Below, in pieces: positions 51,889 to 64,000 of a stretch of DNA of 64,000 nt. This DNA is from Octopus sinensis (taxonomy: Eukaryota). The position numbers and the translations under genes are program-made. The notes under the pieces are model-generated. The model was not told the origin of the DNA, did no database searches, and was given only the letters and a program-made list of their open reading frames with translations. The stretch covers positions 35,464,001-35,528,000 of the forward strand of contig NC_043010.1 of assembly GCF_006345805.1 (NCBI RefSeq), in the 5' to 3' direction. How positions within the stretch are numbered: position 1 is the first letter of the stretch; each line of letters opens with the position of its first letter.

Positions 51889-52155
51889 TTAAGCATTTTA
51901 ACAACAAACCCTCCATAACATATACTGGGCACTTGCCATTCCCTCCCTTCCTTATTTTCTTTCTAAACCTCTATTTTCTCCTTTCTTTTATGGGGGTGTG
52001 TGTTATCATGTGAAATGAGTTATATAAATATGTATAAATAAATGAATGTAATTTATCTATATATATTTTAGTGTATATTGAACAGTTTTCTTCAGAATGA
52101 CATCATAAAAGGAATTGGGATTTGTGTTCGAAAAAAAAAAAAAATTGTAGGAAAA

Positions 52156-52335
52156 ATGACGAAGTCGCATTTTGAAGCAGACCTTTCGGTGGGTCTGTCT
52201 ATTTTGCGAAGAACTCATTATATTGTCCATGGGCTTGTTGATGATTTCGGTGTCCCATCTCCACCACCATCACATTCGTCAGTCCTAATAGCATCACTAA
52301 TTACTTCTCTTTTCTTTCCTTTAGAATCTTGTTGA
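52156..52335 (+). CDS. Candidate upstream ORF3, 59 aa
   Basis: aaaaATGA context; MTKSHFEADLSVGLSILRRTHYIVHGLVDDFGVPSPPP...; coincides with a GC-richer island. Confidence 0.3.
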   Translation: MTKSHFEADLSVGLSILRRTHYIVHGLVDDFGVPSPPPSHSSVLIASLITSLFFPLESC

Positions 52336-53831
52336 GTAAATATATATATATATATATATAATTTTTTTCATGATAGAGTGTACAATAGACGTGTACATGT
52401 ATAATAGAAATGTGTGAGCATGAAATAGTTGTGTGAATAGGTTGGAAGTTCATAAATGATTTGAAGTTTCTTTGGGAAAGATATATTTTTGAAAAGAAAG
52501 AAAAAAAGTGGGTTAAAGAAAAAAAAAATTAAAATGTATTTTTTGTTAATGTCATTTTATTAATATCATACTATTGTGAAAAAAAATCTACAAAAAAATG
52601 TATTAGTGATGCAAAATATAGATTTTGTTGTGTTCGTGAAGGTGAGAATTTTTTTTTAAACCTCACAAAAATCCAATTAAATATATATATATATATTTAA
52701 AAATGTAGATTTATAATATGAAAAAACCCCACAAATATTTGTATGTTAGTTTGTAAAAACTAAAAAAAAAAAAATATATATATAAATATAAATCTACACA
52801 ATCCCATATTCCCTTTTTCCATTCCTTTTCTCTGCTGAGAAAACCAGTATGTTTAAGTCTACATGTATATAATACTAAATGACTTGACTATTGGGCAAAA
52901 AGAGTTATATAAAATATATCTGCGGTATGGATATAATAAGGGCTGAAAATCTTGTTCTAAACTAAAACAGGTGACAACTATGGCAAATACTTAGGAAATA
53001 TTGAAAGAGAAAAGGGAGAAAAAAAAAAGCACCAGCACAGCTTTTTTTTCCTGAAAAATTTGGTTCAGACCAAAAAGTTTTCAATAATTACAAAAATAAA
53101 AAAATTCTTTAGGTTTTTAGATGCTTTGATGAAGGGACAGGAGTTAAAAGAAAAGAAGAAAACCCAGAATTAAAAATATACAAATCACTGATAGTGTTAA
53201 CATAGTTTGTCAAATAAGATGGAAGAATGAATAAAAGAAATTAAGATAATTTTTGAGGTGATATTGGGCACGAGAATTAAGTCTTCAATTGGTACAAGCA
53301 CGACTACAACAAGTCGATACTGTACAAGTTAAAAGTTTTTGTAGTCTTGGAGTGAAATTCCATTGGCTATATATGATTATCTTCTCCAAGTAAGGTTCTA
53401 TTTGAAACTACTTCCCAATATTTCATAGGTTTGCGAACTTTTTTTTTCAAAGATTGTTGTTGACTCCTGTAGTACAACAGTTTTAATTTTTTTCCTTGGT
53501 TCTCATTTTTTTTTGTTTTCAATTGTCAGCAAATTCAAGATATACTATTCCTTTTTTTAAGTTTTCATGAAGTAAATCCCCTACATAAAGAAAAGGAAAA
53601 CGAATTACTTTTAATGATTTTTTTTTCCACAGTGTGTATAAGTTAATCTACAGTTAATTTATTTGATCTCATTCTATTCCCATTCCTTTTGTCATCAACA
53701 GTTTGTTAATCATCTTAGGTGTCTATAGTTATAAGTTTTCAAGCTCATCTCTCCTTAGTGCTATAATAGGTTTCATCCTGTTGTTGAGGAATCATATAGT
53801 TTAAATAAAAAGAAAAGAGAAAACCTGTAGG

Positions 53832-53960
53832 ATGGGGGATTCCTATACACGCAAGCAGACGGCTGTGAACCGGCTGAGGCATCGACTGAGAAAGAAACGA
53901 GAATCTTTGGCAGATCATTTTGACTTCAAAATGTACATTATGTTCCATTTCAAAGACAAG
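53832..53960 (+). CDS. C6orf62: C6orf62 orthologue (uncharacterised conserved protein), coding exon 1 (43 codons)
   Basis: [43 protein letters not shown] matches the human N-terminus as I recall it ([43 protein letters not shown]); in-frame stop upstream at 53802; donor gtatgt at 53961. Confidence 0.92.
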
Positions 53961-54129
53961 GTATGTATCAGTTTTTTTTATTTTAATTTTTTAAACTTTT
54001 CTAGTTTTGTAATCACTAATTTGATGTTTTTAGAGCCCAAACATGATTGCAACAGTTAAATTTGTTATTTATATTTCAGAAATGTATGTTCATTATGATT
54101 TATCGTTGTCTCCAATAAACACCATTTGA

Positions 54130-54435
54130 GTGTTGGGCCTCATGGAGGCAGTGACAGGTGACAGACCTTTGGTGATATACTGTGCTTGTGTAGACCTGTC
54201 GAGCCAAGTGAGACTGTAGTCGTGGCCGATGTCAGTGTCATGTCAATGGCATCTGTGCAGGTGGCATATAAAAAACACCCACTACACTCTTGGAGTGGTT
54301 GGCGTTAAGGTTAATCCAGCTGTAGAAACCTTGCCAAATCGGACCAGAACTTGGTGCAGCCCCTGGTTTACCAGTTTTCAGTCAAACTGTTTAACCCATG
54401 TCAGCATGGAAAACAGATGTTAAATGATGATGATT
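54130..54435 (+). mobile_element. RTE 3'-UTR fragment in C6orf62 intron 1 (another at about 62200-62530 +, and an inverted remnant at about 63190-63400)
   Basis: Family motifs and (TGA)n tail. Confidence 0.75.
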
Positions 54436-55318
54436 ATTGTGTGCTAAAGGCAACAAACTGGCTAGCAGCATTTTGCCCATCTTCACATTCTGAGTTCAAA
54501 TTTTGCTGGAGTTGATTTTGCTTTTCAGGATCAATAAAATAAGTACCAGTTGAGTACTGGGGTTGATGTAATAGACATGCCCACCCCACCGAAATTTGAA
54601 ACCAATATTATTGTGGACTGAAGAAAGGGATTTTGTTTTTACCCCCCAATTTGCTTAATATAATAATTATCTCTTAGAAAGTATTTGTATTCAAAGCAGC
54701 GATGGAACTTCTGTACAGTGATTCAAACTACTCAACATAGCAGCCAAGTATGCTCTTACACAATTTTAGTGCCTGTAAAATAGGAGCTTCTATGTACTTA
54801 TTGAAATTGTTGGTTGCAGCAGCTGAATCATTTTCTGAAGTCATATATTAGAATTCCTAAATCTTTGTATGATATGATGAACACAGAAATCAGGACAACC
54901 ACAATAACAGTTTACAACAAACAATTGCCAACTACTCTTGGACAATAGGTCTCGTTATAATGTTTCTGCTGTTTTATTTCTTAAATCATCAAACTATATA
55001 CTAATGTGTAGTGGTGCCTTCAGATGAGGAGAGAATAAATTTCAAGGATGCAAAGTGAGAGAGATGCAAAAACCAAGGTAACATGAAATATATAGGATCA
55101 TTATTGGCTATATGTTGAAGATCATTTCTGGCAGTTGATATATAGATGCAAACTTAGATACATATATACCATACTTAGTTTGTAGGTAGTACTCCTTATT
55201 TTGCATGAAGTTAGTAGAAAACTTCTATAACACAAGATTGATTTCTTAGCTTTGTGTACGAGTTGCACTCCTGGTGTTTTTGGTTATTGAAGGTTATGTA
55301 TAAATAGTATGACTTATA

Positions 55319-56203
55319 CAAGGTGTCCCAAAAGTTAGAGATGGGTTTCAAATTTTAATAACTTCCTTAACTTTACAAATAAATGCATGAAATTTTGATA
55401 CAGTATGAAGGACATAATGGAAATTTATGTGCACAATTTAAATTTTGCAACACCACTACATCACATGAAAAATGACATTGCTTAAATGGCAGCCATTTTC
55501 GGCTTTGTATACCAGTGCTCTTTCCAAAACTTACAACATAATACCTTTGAATTTCAGATCTCACTTTTCTGATTTCTCTATTGATGTTCTTCATTTGCAC
55601 CAGGGTCTCTGGTTTGTTGATGTAAATCCTCTCTTTCAGGTATCCCCACAAGAAAAAATCCCGGCCTGTCAACTATGGGGAACATGAAGACCATTCAGAG
55701 TAAACCTCACACATGGTTCCAGCAAGATGGGACAACTGCTCATTCTACAAGAGAAACAATGCAGTTGCTACAGCAGTGCTTTGGAGAGAGAATAATCTCC
55801 TGCTATGGTATGGCAATGTTAACTGGCCTTCTTGTTCCCCAGACTTGACTAGCTTGGATTTTTCTTGTGGGGATATCTGAAAGAGAGGGTTTGCGTCAAC
55901 AAACCAAAGACCCTGGTCCAACTGAAGGAGAACGTCAATAGAGAAATCAGAGAAGTAGGGTCTGAAACTCTGGAGGGCGTTATGGTGCAAGTTTTGGAAA
56001 GAGCACAGGCGTGCGAAGCTGAAAATGGCTGCTACTTAAGCGATGTCTTTTTCATGTGATGTAGTGGTGTTGCAAAATTCGACTCATGTACACTAATTTC
56101 CATTATGTCCTTTATATTGTATCAAAATTTCATGCATTTATTTGTAAAGTTAAGGAGGTTATCAAAAATTGAAACCCATCAGTGACTTTTGGGACACTCT
56201 ACA
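55319..56203. mobile_element. DD41D (rosa-type) Tc1/mariner derivative made of two inverted copies of the element's 3' end
   Basis: Arms at about 55319-55696 and 55821-56203 are reverse complements; plus strand carries WFQQDGTTAH...NWPSCSPDLTSLDFFLWGYLKERV, with 41 residues between the two Asp once a 5-nt duplication is removed. Confidence 0.85.
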
Positions 56204-56979
56204 TGAGTAAATATGGTATATCATTTCTGTGTCTGTTTTTCCATGCTGAATTAACATGTCACCATTTGTTGTTGTGTGTGTAGGCATGTGGCTAGATGGT
56301 TAAGGTGTTGGGCTTACAATCATAAGGTTGTGGGTTTGGTTTCTGGATTGGGTAGCATGTCCTTGAGCACTATCCCAGCCTACTCAGTTAAAGATGTGTA
56401 CCAGCAAAGTACACTCTCTCACTCTTCAGCTGTCACATCCTTAAAATTTTGTTGGATCAGAGGGTGTCTGTTCTTTATTGCATTGACATCTAAAACAATT
56501 AGTGAAAGAATTATACAAGCTACCTGGTCATACTTATGAGTGACTGCTTAGTATATATGTATATGGCTTTGCGGTTAGTGTAATCAGCTTACAATCATAA
56601 GGTTGTGAGTTTGATTCCCAGAAATATGTTGTGTCCTTGAGCAAGACACTGTATGTTACTCCATTCCACTCAGCTGGTGAAAATGAGTTGTACCTGTAAT
56701 TCAAAGGGTCGGCCTTGTCATGCTGAATCTCCCTGAGAACTATGTTAAGGGTATGCATGTCGGGTACTTGTATGTTAATTTTTTGAGCAGGCTGTTCCAT
56801 TGATCAGATCAACTGGAACCTTGTAATCAACAGAGTGCCAGTTTATGTATGTATATCCAAGGTGGGCCATAATGATGGGACAGTCATGTAATAAATATAT
56901 TTGGTATTCTGTCATTTTTATAATCCAAAATACTAGCATTTAAAATGCCCTATTGATATGGCCCACCCTGTATTATTTA

Positions 56980-57010
56980 TGTGTGTGTGTGTGTGTGTGT
57001 GTGTATGTAT

Positions 57011-57056
<46 letters not shown>
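56980..57056. repeat. Compound (GT)n(AT)n microsatellite
   Basis: Read directly. Confidence 0.95.
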
Positions 57057-57059
<3 letters not shown>

Positions 57060-57129
57060 CAACTAAACAATTTGGATTGAAGGCTTTTGGTCTGACCCTC
57101 AGCATTTGTGATCATCTTTCTGCTGTTGC

Positions 57130-57890
57130 CCCTACTGTATATATGCTGATGGGAAAGTAATTAAAAAACTGTTTCTTCCTTCACTTATCTTGATTCTATT
57201 GTGTCCAGTGATGCTAAGATGGATAAAGAAATCGAGTCCAGAATCGTGAAGGATAGCTCCACTTTCAATAAGCTTTATCTCAGGCTTTGGAACAGTTACA
57301 ACATGTTGAATTTGGAAGTTGGTGTTTATCAGTTGGTAGTCTTGACAACATTGTTTTATGGTGCTGAATCTTTGACTTTTTACTGGAAGTGCATCAAACA
57401 GCTCGATGCTTTGCATATGTGATGCTTGTGTACTATCTCTAACATAAAACCGAGTGATCATATTCATAACAATGAGGTACTAAGAAAATGCAACATTTAA
57501 GGTATTGAAGCCATCCTCCTCAAAATACAGCTTAGATGGTCAGCATCTCTCATGTATGAATGATATCAGGATTCCAACGCAACTTCTCTTTGGCCAATTT
57601 CTAACAGGAACGTCTATTGGAAGAACTTTTGCAGGTCAATTCTCTTCACTAGGGTGACTGTGAAGCACAGGTCTTGAGTACAGCAAGGCACGAGGCATCT
57701 TGGTCCTTTGTCATCTTGCCTGAAAGGTTCAGCGTCTTGAGGTTGTCCTTCAGTAATTTGCCCCATGACTTCCGGAGTCTTCCCACCTCCACTGTTCCAT
57801 CTACTTTGGGAGGTTGGCACTTCTTTATGGAGCTGTTGGCATCAATCTGCATCACATAGCCAAACCAGTGCAGCATCTAATTCCTCCTAT
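57130..57890. mobile_element. Two abutting RTE-clade fragments in opposite orientation (about 57130-57610 +, 57612-57890 -)
   Basis: DKEIESRI...VLTTLFYGAES...NNEVLRKCN on the plus strand; WFGYVMQ...GRLRKSWGKLLKDNLKTL on the minus strand. Confidence 0.7.
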
Positions 57891-60800
57891 GCTTAACTTC
57901 TCTTTCAATACATTAGAACTCTGTTGAACATGTACATTTACATTAAGCATTCAGCAGAGAAACTAGCCCCATTCCTCTCCCATCTTTGCATCTCCTCTAC
58001 ATTCAGGGATCATGTCTCACTACCATATTTCATGTTTTTATTGCACTACTTACTGCGGCTAAGTGGGCCTTGAAGAGTGTAGTGTTTTGTTTCGGTTTTG
58101 TATTTTCAATTGTATAATAATTGAATAATAATAGGGAGCGAAGTGACCCAACCCCCACCTAATTTGCTGAAAGGTGAGAGAGATGAGAATGCTCCAAATG
58201 AATGGGATTACTTCAAAGTGCACTTATTTTCTCATAACAGTTTAGAACGGTGACATGTGGAATAGTTAATCTCTCTTATTTAGAGAGACAAACAGATTTT
58301 GAATTCCTGAATCAGGAGCTCAGTATTTCATTCATTCTTGTTCTCCATTTCTGAGAGTAAATAGAGCTAACTTCCATTTTTTTTCATTTGAATGTGGTAA
58401 ATGGAATTAAGTTTTTCTAAAATCAAAGTAAGAGATTGTAACAGAAACAAAACAAAACAAAAACTTGGATAACATAATTAAAACTTAGTTTAGTCCTTCT
58501 GCATTAAGTTATTGAAGAGTTGGAACAGTGTCCGTGATCTTTTGTGGTCTTTCTCATACTGGTGAGACTGATATTTGCTTTGAATCCAACCTGAGTTGGA
58601 ATGTTAATTCCAAAGTTTCAATCTTAGGAAAGTTTAGGAGGAGTGTTTAATATGAGATCTGAGAGGGGTGTCTAAGTGAGGTGGTGTGTATATAACCAAG
58701 TTCAATGGAGTAGAGGCTTTGTAGTTTGGCAGAAGCAGCAGAAAGGAAGAAGCTTTTCTGTAATATAGAGATAGTGATATGTTGAGGAATGAATCTTTTA
58801 CTAACCAGTCAAATGATCATTTGAATGTAGTCAAGGATGTGTGTATTAACATAGCAAGAACACTCTCCAATCTTATATCTGTGAAGTTTCTGTGAGAGGT
58901 CTCTGCTGACAAAAGAAAAAGTTGCCATTTTCTTATTGTTTTGTTAGTAGGTAAACTAAATTAATCAATAACATTTTCCTAGTATTGCTGATTTAAACCT
59001 TTTGTTACCATATTTGTGATAATATAGGCTGCCTTTGTTTCAATTGATTTTAAAAATAAATAAGAATTTAGTAAAGTAACTTGCTAACTTTTAAGCTGGG
59101 GTCTGGAACAATTTAGCATAAAATTTTGACAGAAGATTATAATTTAGATCACCTTAAAAGATTAAGTTTATTATAGAACTTGGGGTGGTCTGAGGCAGGT
59201 TGATATCAAAAGGGTTACTGTATGAGTACATCAACATATTGTGAGTGGTACAAAATTAAGCAGACAAGATATTACGCTCTTACAAATGATAGATGAAGTG
59301 AGTAACATTTAACCTACGCATACTTTATCTGGTTGACTTCTAAATGGAATAGGGTTGTCTTTACGAGAATCTGGTGTAAAATATATTACCTTAATAAATC
59401 CATCCACTGGGTAAACAATGCTGTTTTGGGCCAACAGAAAACAAAAAACAGTGTTCTGTGTAGACTTTTGGAACATTGAAAATCATTGCATACTTTATTT
59501 ACAAAAATATGAAAGAAACCATGAAAAAAAAATCTATGGGTTTATAAGCCTAATTACACCTACACACAAGACTTTTTTTTAAAGAAATATTTTCATTGTG
59601 TGTAAAATTTAACTGAGTAGATGACTTGTATATTTTTCTTTTAGTTGTGAGATCTTGTAACTGGTATTTAGCAGTGAAACCCAGCTGGTGTCTGCAGAGG
59701 GTCTTACTGTGAATGCTAATAAATCTGTTTCCTGGAGTATTGCTTGCATAATATTGGTTTCGAATTTTGGCATAAGGTCAGCAGTTTTGGAGGAGGGGCC
59801 TATTCGATTAAATTGACATCAATGCTCAAATTACATTTATTTTATTGACCCTAAAAGGATGAAATGCAAAGTCGACTTTGGTGGAATTTGATCTCCGAAT
59901 GTAAAGATGAACAAATTGTCACTAAGCATTTTCCCTGTCATGCTAATGATTCTGCCAGCTTGCTGCCTTATTGGGTGTGTATTAACTTGTGAGAAAGATT
60001 GTATAGTGGAGAAAGTGATATGGCTACTGAAGTCAGATTTATTTACTGAGGGCAAGAATCATTTTGGTGTGGAATACAATGTGAATCAGTAGTACTTGAT
60101 GGGCTAGCTATATTAGATATAGGCTATAGAATATTTGAAATGAAGTAATTTAGGTTAGAAGTAAATGTTGCTTTACAAATGATGTACTGCAGATCCATCC
60201 AAACCATGATGATATGGAGCCTGCACTTTTCTCTTTCATTTTTCTATGGTTGCACGTGTGTGATGGTTTACTTATTGGAGCAATTGTTTTTACAACTAGA
60301 TACCCCCTTTTTTGCTAAGGACGCAACCTTAAAGTAAAAAACCTCATATCTAGTTAGCAAAATTCACTTTCACACTTTAAGTTATTCCAAAGTGCTAGTT
60401 CTTAGCTTTCATCCTTGTCAGATGGGATATGCCCTTAAGAAACCTTGTTTTGTATGTGACATAATACAGGTTAGTGGATGTGTGTGGTTTAGTGATTGTA
60501 AGATTGTAACTTCGATTCTTGGACAGGACGATGTGTTGTGTTGTTGAGCAGAAAACATTTCTTTCATGTTGCTCCAGTTCACTCAGCTGGCAAAAGTGAG
60601 TAATCCTTTGAGGGACTGGCATCCTGTCCAGTTAGGGAATACACACACCATGGAAACTGGGAAATTGGCCCTATGAATCTATATGACTCAGAGAAGAGCT
60701 TTACTTTTTTTACTACTAATATAGGTTAATGAACAACCCCATTCCCTCTGCCTTATTCATTCCAAAATACCTGAGCATTTTACTTAATTGTCTGAACATT

Positions 60801-62689
60801 GTCATATCTTCAGTTATATATTTTCTTTTTCTCACTTAATTGATAAATGGCTCTAAATGGTACTTGGCTTGAGGAAAGCTGTAAAAACCTCAGGATGTTC
60901 AAATGATTTGATGTGGCTCTTCTGTTGCTATGTGTATAAAATTTGTTTTTACTGACATACATTGACTTTGAGCTGATCTGATACCAAACAGAAAGTGGAA
61001 TATTTTGTGATATTTGTACTTCATGTATGTTCACAAACACTAATAAACTGATAACAAAATTCAGTTTCACTGTATCTAAGTTATTTTCAAGTTGGGTGTA
61101 ACTTAAGAACAGAACCAGTTGTTGACTGTTTGCAAATAATGAGATTAACCTGTAGCACAGGGTGTTAATATAAGAACAGCAGCTATACTGGCAGTAGTGG
61201 TGGTTGTTTAGGTCCAGGTCAGTTCTTATCATAAACACACTTATGATCAAATTTGTTCCAGCTGTGACCATTTTTATTCCAGATATAGTGTATTCATGAG
61301 TGTATTATTTATATATTTCCTATCTTTTAAAGATGATTGTGTTATATGAGTTAGGTTTGGCTATTATTTCAGGCAAGGTGATTGATCATATTAGAAATTT
61401 CATTGGTCTATGCTACTTTGGTGCATATGTGAAAGGATGGTGCATCCTTTGTTGAAAAAAAAAGTGCCTATATATTTTATGATAAAGTATACATTTAAGA
61501 CAAGGTAGTTTGCACTTCATTCTTATTAGAATGAAGAAAGGCTTGATTATTGAAAAGGTATCGTTTTGAGATGTATAAAAATATTTTTTTACTGACTTGC
61601 CTATATATTTCTACCAGTGAAATAGCAAAATGAACATGAGGAGACCTAGTTCTCCTTACATTTAGTACTTAATGTTATTCTTTATTGTTGGGTAATCTTT
61701 TATCAAAGATGTCTTAGCTTTTTCCAAACATAGTATAAACTGTTATTGTGTATGCTCTCCTTTAATGACAATATGGTGTGTTTGTGGGACATTTGTTTGC
61801 TATTTCTAACAACTTGAGTGGTTATGTAGTCACACTTCATTGGTTTGTCACAGTTAAGAAAGTAGTTGATTTATTTTGAGATTCATAGGCATGTATTGGG
61901 TCTCTTGCTAGTTAGACATTATATGCAAAGGTTGAATGAAGAAATGTGACAAAAGAGAGATTGGTGTAAAAGGCAAGCCACTTGAATGAGAGAATTCACT
62001 TTGTTTTATAATATTGTCCAGAGATTGACTACATTGAAATTCAGTGAAGCTTCAGCTTCTAATATGGTGAATTTGTACCTAAACTCCAACTTGAAATACA
62101 GGAATGTAATAGCTACCAAGCTATTATCATTGCTAAGGACTTCCTGTCTGTCTCCTGATGTCTGCCTGGTTACATTGCAACTATTATGAATTTCTCACAG
62201 TGGGTACTTTTACTGACCTCATGCCGGTGGCATGTAAAAAGCACCATCCGATTGTGGCTGTTGCCAGCCTCGTCTGGCCCCCGTGCCGGTGGCATGTAAA
62301 AAGCACCATCCGATCGTGGCCGTTTGCCAGCCTTGTCTGGCACCTGTGCAGGTGGCACGTAAAAAGCACCCACTACACTCACAGAGTGGTTGGCTTTAGG
62401 AAGGGCATCCAGCTGTAGAAACAGTCAGATCAGACTGGGCCTGGCACAGCCTTCTAACTTCCCAGACCCCAGTTAAACCATCCAACCCATGCTAGCATGG
62501 AAAACGGACGTTAAACGATGATGATGATGCTGTTTATGCTCCTTTGTGTATTTGTTTTCCTTATTATTATATTAGTATAAATATGTCATAATCTGATTTG
62601 ATACCTGTTGTTTGCCTTCTATTATATATATATATTCAAATATGAATGAGAAGCAGCCTGAGGGATATAAACAATATTGATCACACATA

Positions 62690-63139
62690 CACAAGGTATG
62701 TGTTTTGCAAATTCATGGGCAGGCTGCAAGTTATAGGCACGAGAGAATATATGCCTGTTGTTAGAACTCCTGGAAGTCATAGGCAAGTAAGATAACTTGC
62801 ATCAGCTCCTGTTGCAGGAGCAGTAGACTTTATTTACTCATTTTTGTGACTTGTCAGGTGCAAGCTAAACTGCTGTCTGTTACTATATGCAGGTAAGAAC
62901 CCTATATTGGTATGTCCCTTGGTGATTTAGCTTGTGTCTGGCCTCATTCGAGTATGTGGTATTGACAAGTTAGAAAGATAACAAAATATTTTCTACTGCT
63001 CTTGCAATGGCACCTGATGCAAGTTATCTTGCTTGTCCATCACTTTCAGATGTTTTAATACCAGGTGGATTCATTAGAATATATTCTCTTATGCCTATAA
63101 ATTGCAACCTGCCCATGAAATAGCAAAACACATCTTGTG
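62690..63139. mobile_element. Long-TIR MITE (450 bp)
   Basis: 62690-62751 pairs with 63079-63139 and 62783-62827 pairs with 62992-63035; TA at the left flank. Confidence 0.8.
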
Positions 63140-63712
63140 TGTGTGTGTGGTGTTTGATATATTTATGTGTATTTGTTTTAATTTTCATGGCCACTGTTCC
63201 ATGCTAGCATGGGTGAGATGAATATATTATTGAGGCGTTGTTCTACAATCAGATACCTTTCCTGTTGCTAACCCTTGTTTTTCAAGTAAGAGGTCACTTT
63301 TTCCATGTGTCTTTAAAAGTACAAAAGCCAGCAGATGATTTGTTGGCAGGGGAAATGACAACAATTTTACTCTTTGTAGCTCAGCAATTTTCAGAGAAGT
63401 ACAAATGTAAAGAGGCACATATACATACATACACATATATGATGGGCTTCTTTCACTTTCTTTCTACCAAAACTATTTACAAGGCTTTGGTCAGTCTCGG
63501 GATGTAGAAGCAGATGTTTGTTCATGGTACCACACAGTGGGACTGAACTTGAAACCACATGATTGCAAAGCAAACTTCTTAATCATACAGCCATGCTTGT
63601 GCCTCTTGTGCACACTCACGCACACGTGTATGTACATTACACATATGCATGTATAGATACACATACATGCATACATAAATGTATTTATCTAAATTATTCT
63701 TATATTTTTCAG

Positions 63713-63799
63713 AAAAAAGCATCTGCTCTCTTTGAAGTTGCAGAAGTTTTCCCTGTCATGACAAACAACTATGAAGACAGTATTTTACGAGGTGTTAGG
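63713..63799 (+). CDS. C6orf62: C6orf62 orthologue, coding exon 2 (29 codons); gene continues beyond the window
   Basis: Acceptor tatttttcag, then [29 protein letters not shown] (human as recalled: [29 protein letters not shown]), donor gtaagt at 63800; phase 0 join with exon 1. Confidence 0.92.
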
Positions 63800-64000
63800 G
63801 TAAGTTTTTTTCTTCTTTTTAGTGGGTTGGTTTGTTTGTGGTGGAGATAGTGCCTATCATTATTATTGTTAGGATGGTGTAGTGTTTGGCATAATTTGTT
63901 GAGTGAAATACAAATTACCTTGCAGTATTTAGTTTGGTTTTCATAGGTTCAGATTTGAAATCTTTCAGAGGTAGTCCTTATCTATCCTCTTTTCAAGGTT

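Noticed and set aside
870-63850. The many 60-140 aa ORFs in the supplied track outside the genes listed
   Set aside because: They fall in SINE/LINE/transposon remnants, are antisense to real exons, or are low-complexity AT-rich frames with no recognisable protein features.

Overview
AT-rich animal genomic DNA. The repeat landscape and proteins suggest a cephalopod, probably Octopus (inference). Three host genes are supported by spliced, in-frame translations. (1) A p24-gamma cargo receptor (TMED7/TMED3-like) on the minus strand, exons 1-2; its last exon was not found and probably lies left of the window. (2) A complete 264-aa RPS3A on the minus strand, with a 5'TOP start and only one CDS intron. 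(3) The first two coding exons of a C6orf62 orthologue on the plus strand. The rest is transposon-derived: RTE, CR1/L2, Penelope and ORF1-only LINE pieces, tRNA-derived SINEs, mariner and DD41D elements, piggyBac/hAT/Tc1-type MITEs and a Helitron. The most interesting unexplained structure is a roughly 5.7 kb stretch (about 48420-54120) with no recognisable transposon. In it, three GC-richer ATG-to-stop ORF islands (273, 89 and 59 aa) sit between a CpG-rich promoter-like region and the C6orf62 start codon, suggesting a polycistronic or uORF-loaded leader. Also notable are long fold-back elements in C6orf62 intron 1 (candidate dsRNA/ADAR substrates) and the unusual RPS3A intron pattern. Repeat boundaries were read by eye and are approximate; no database search was run.
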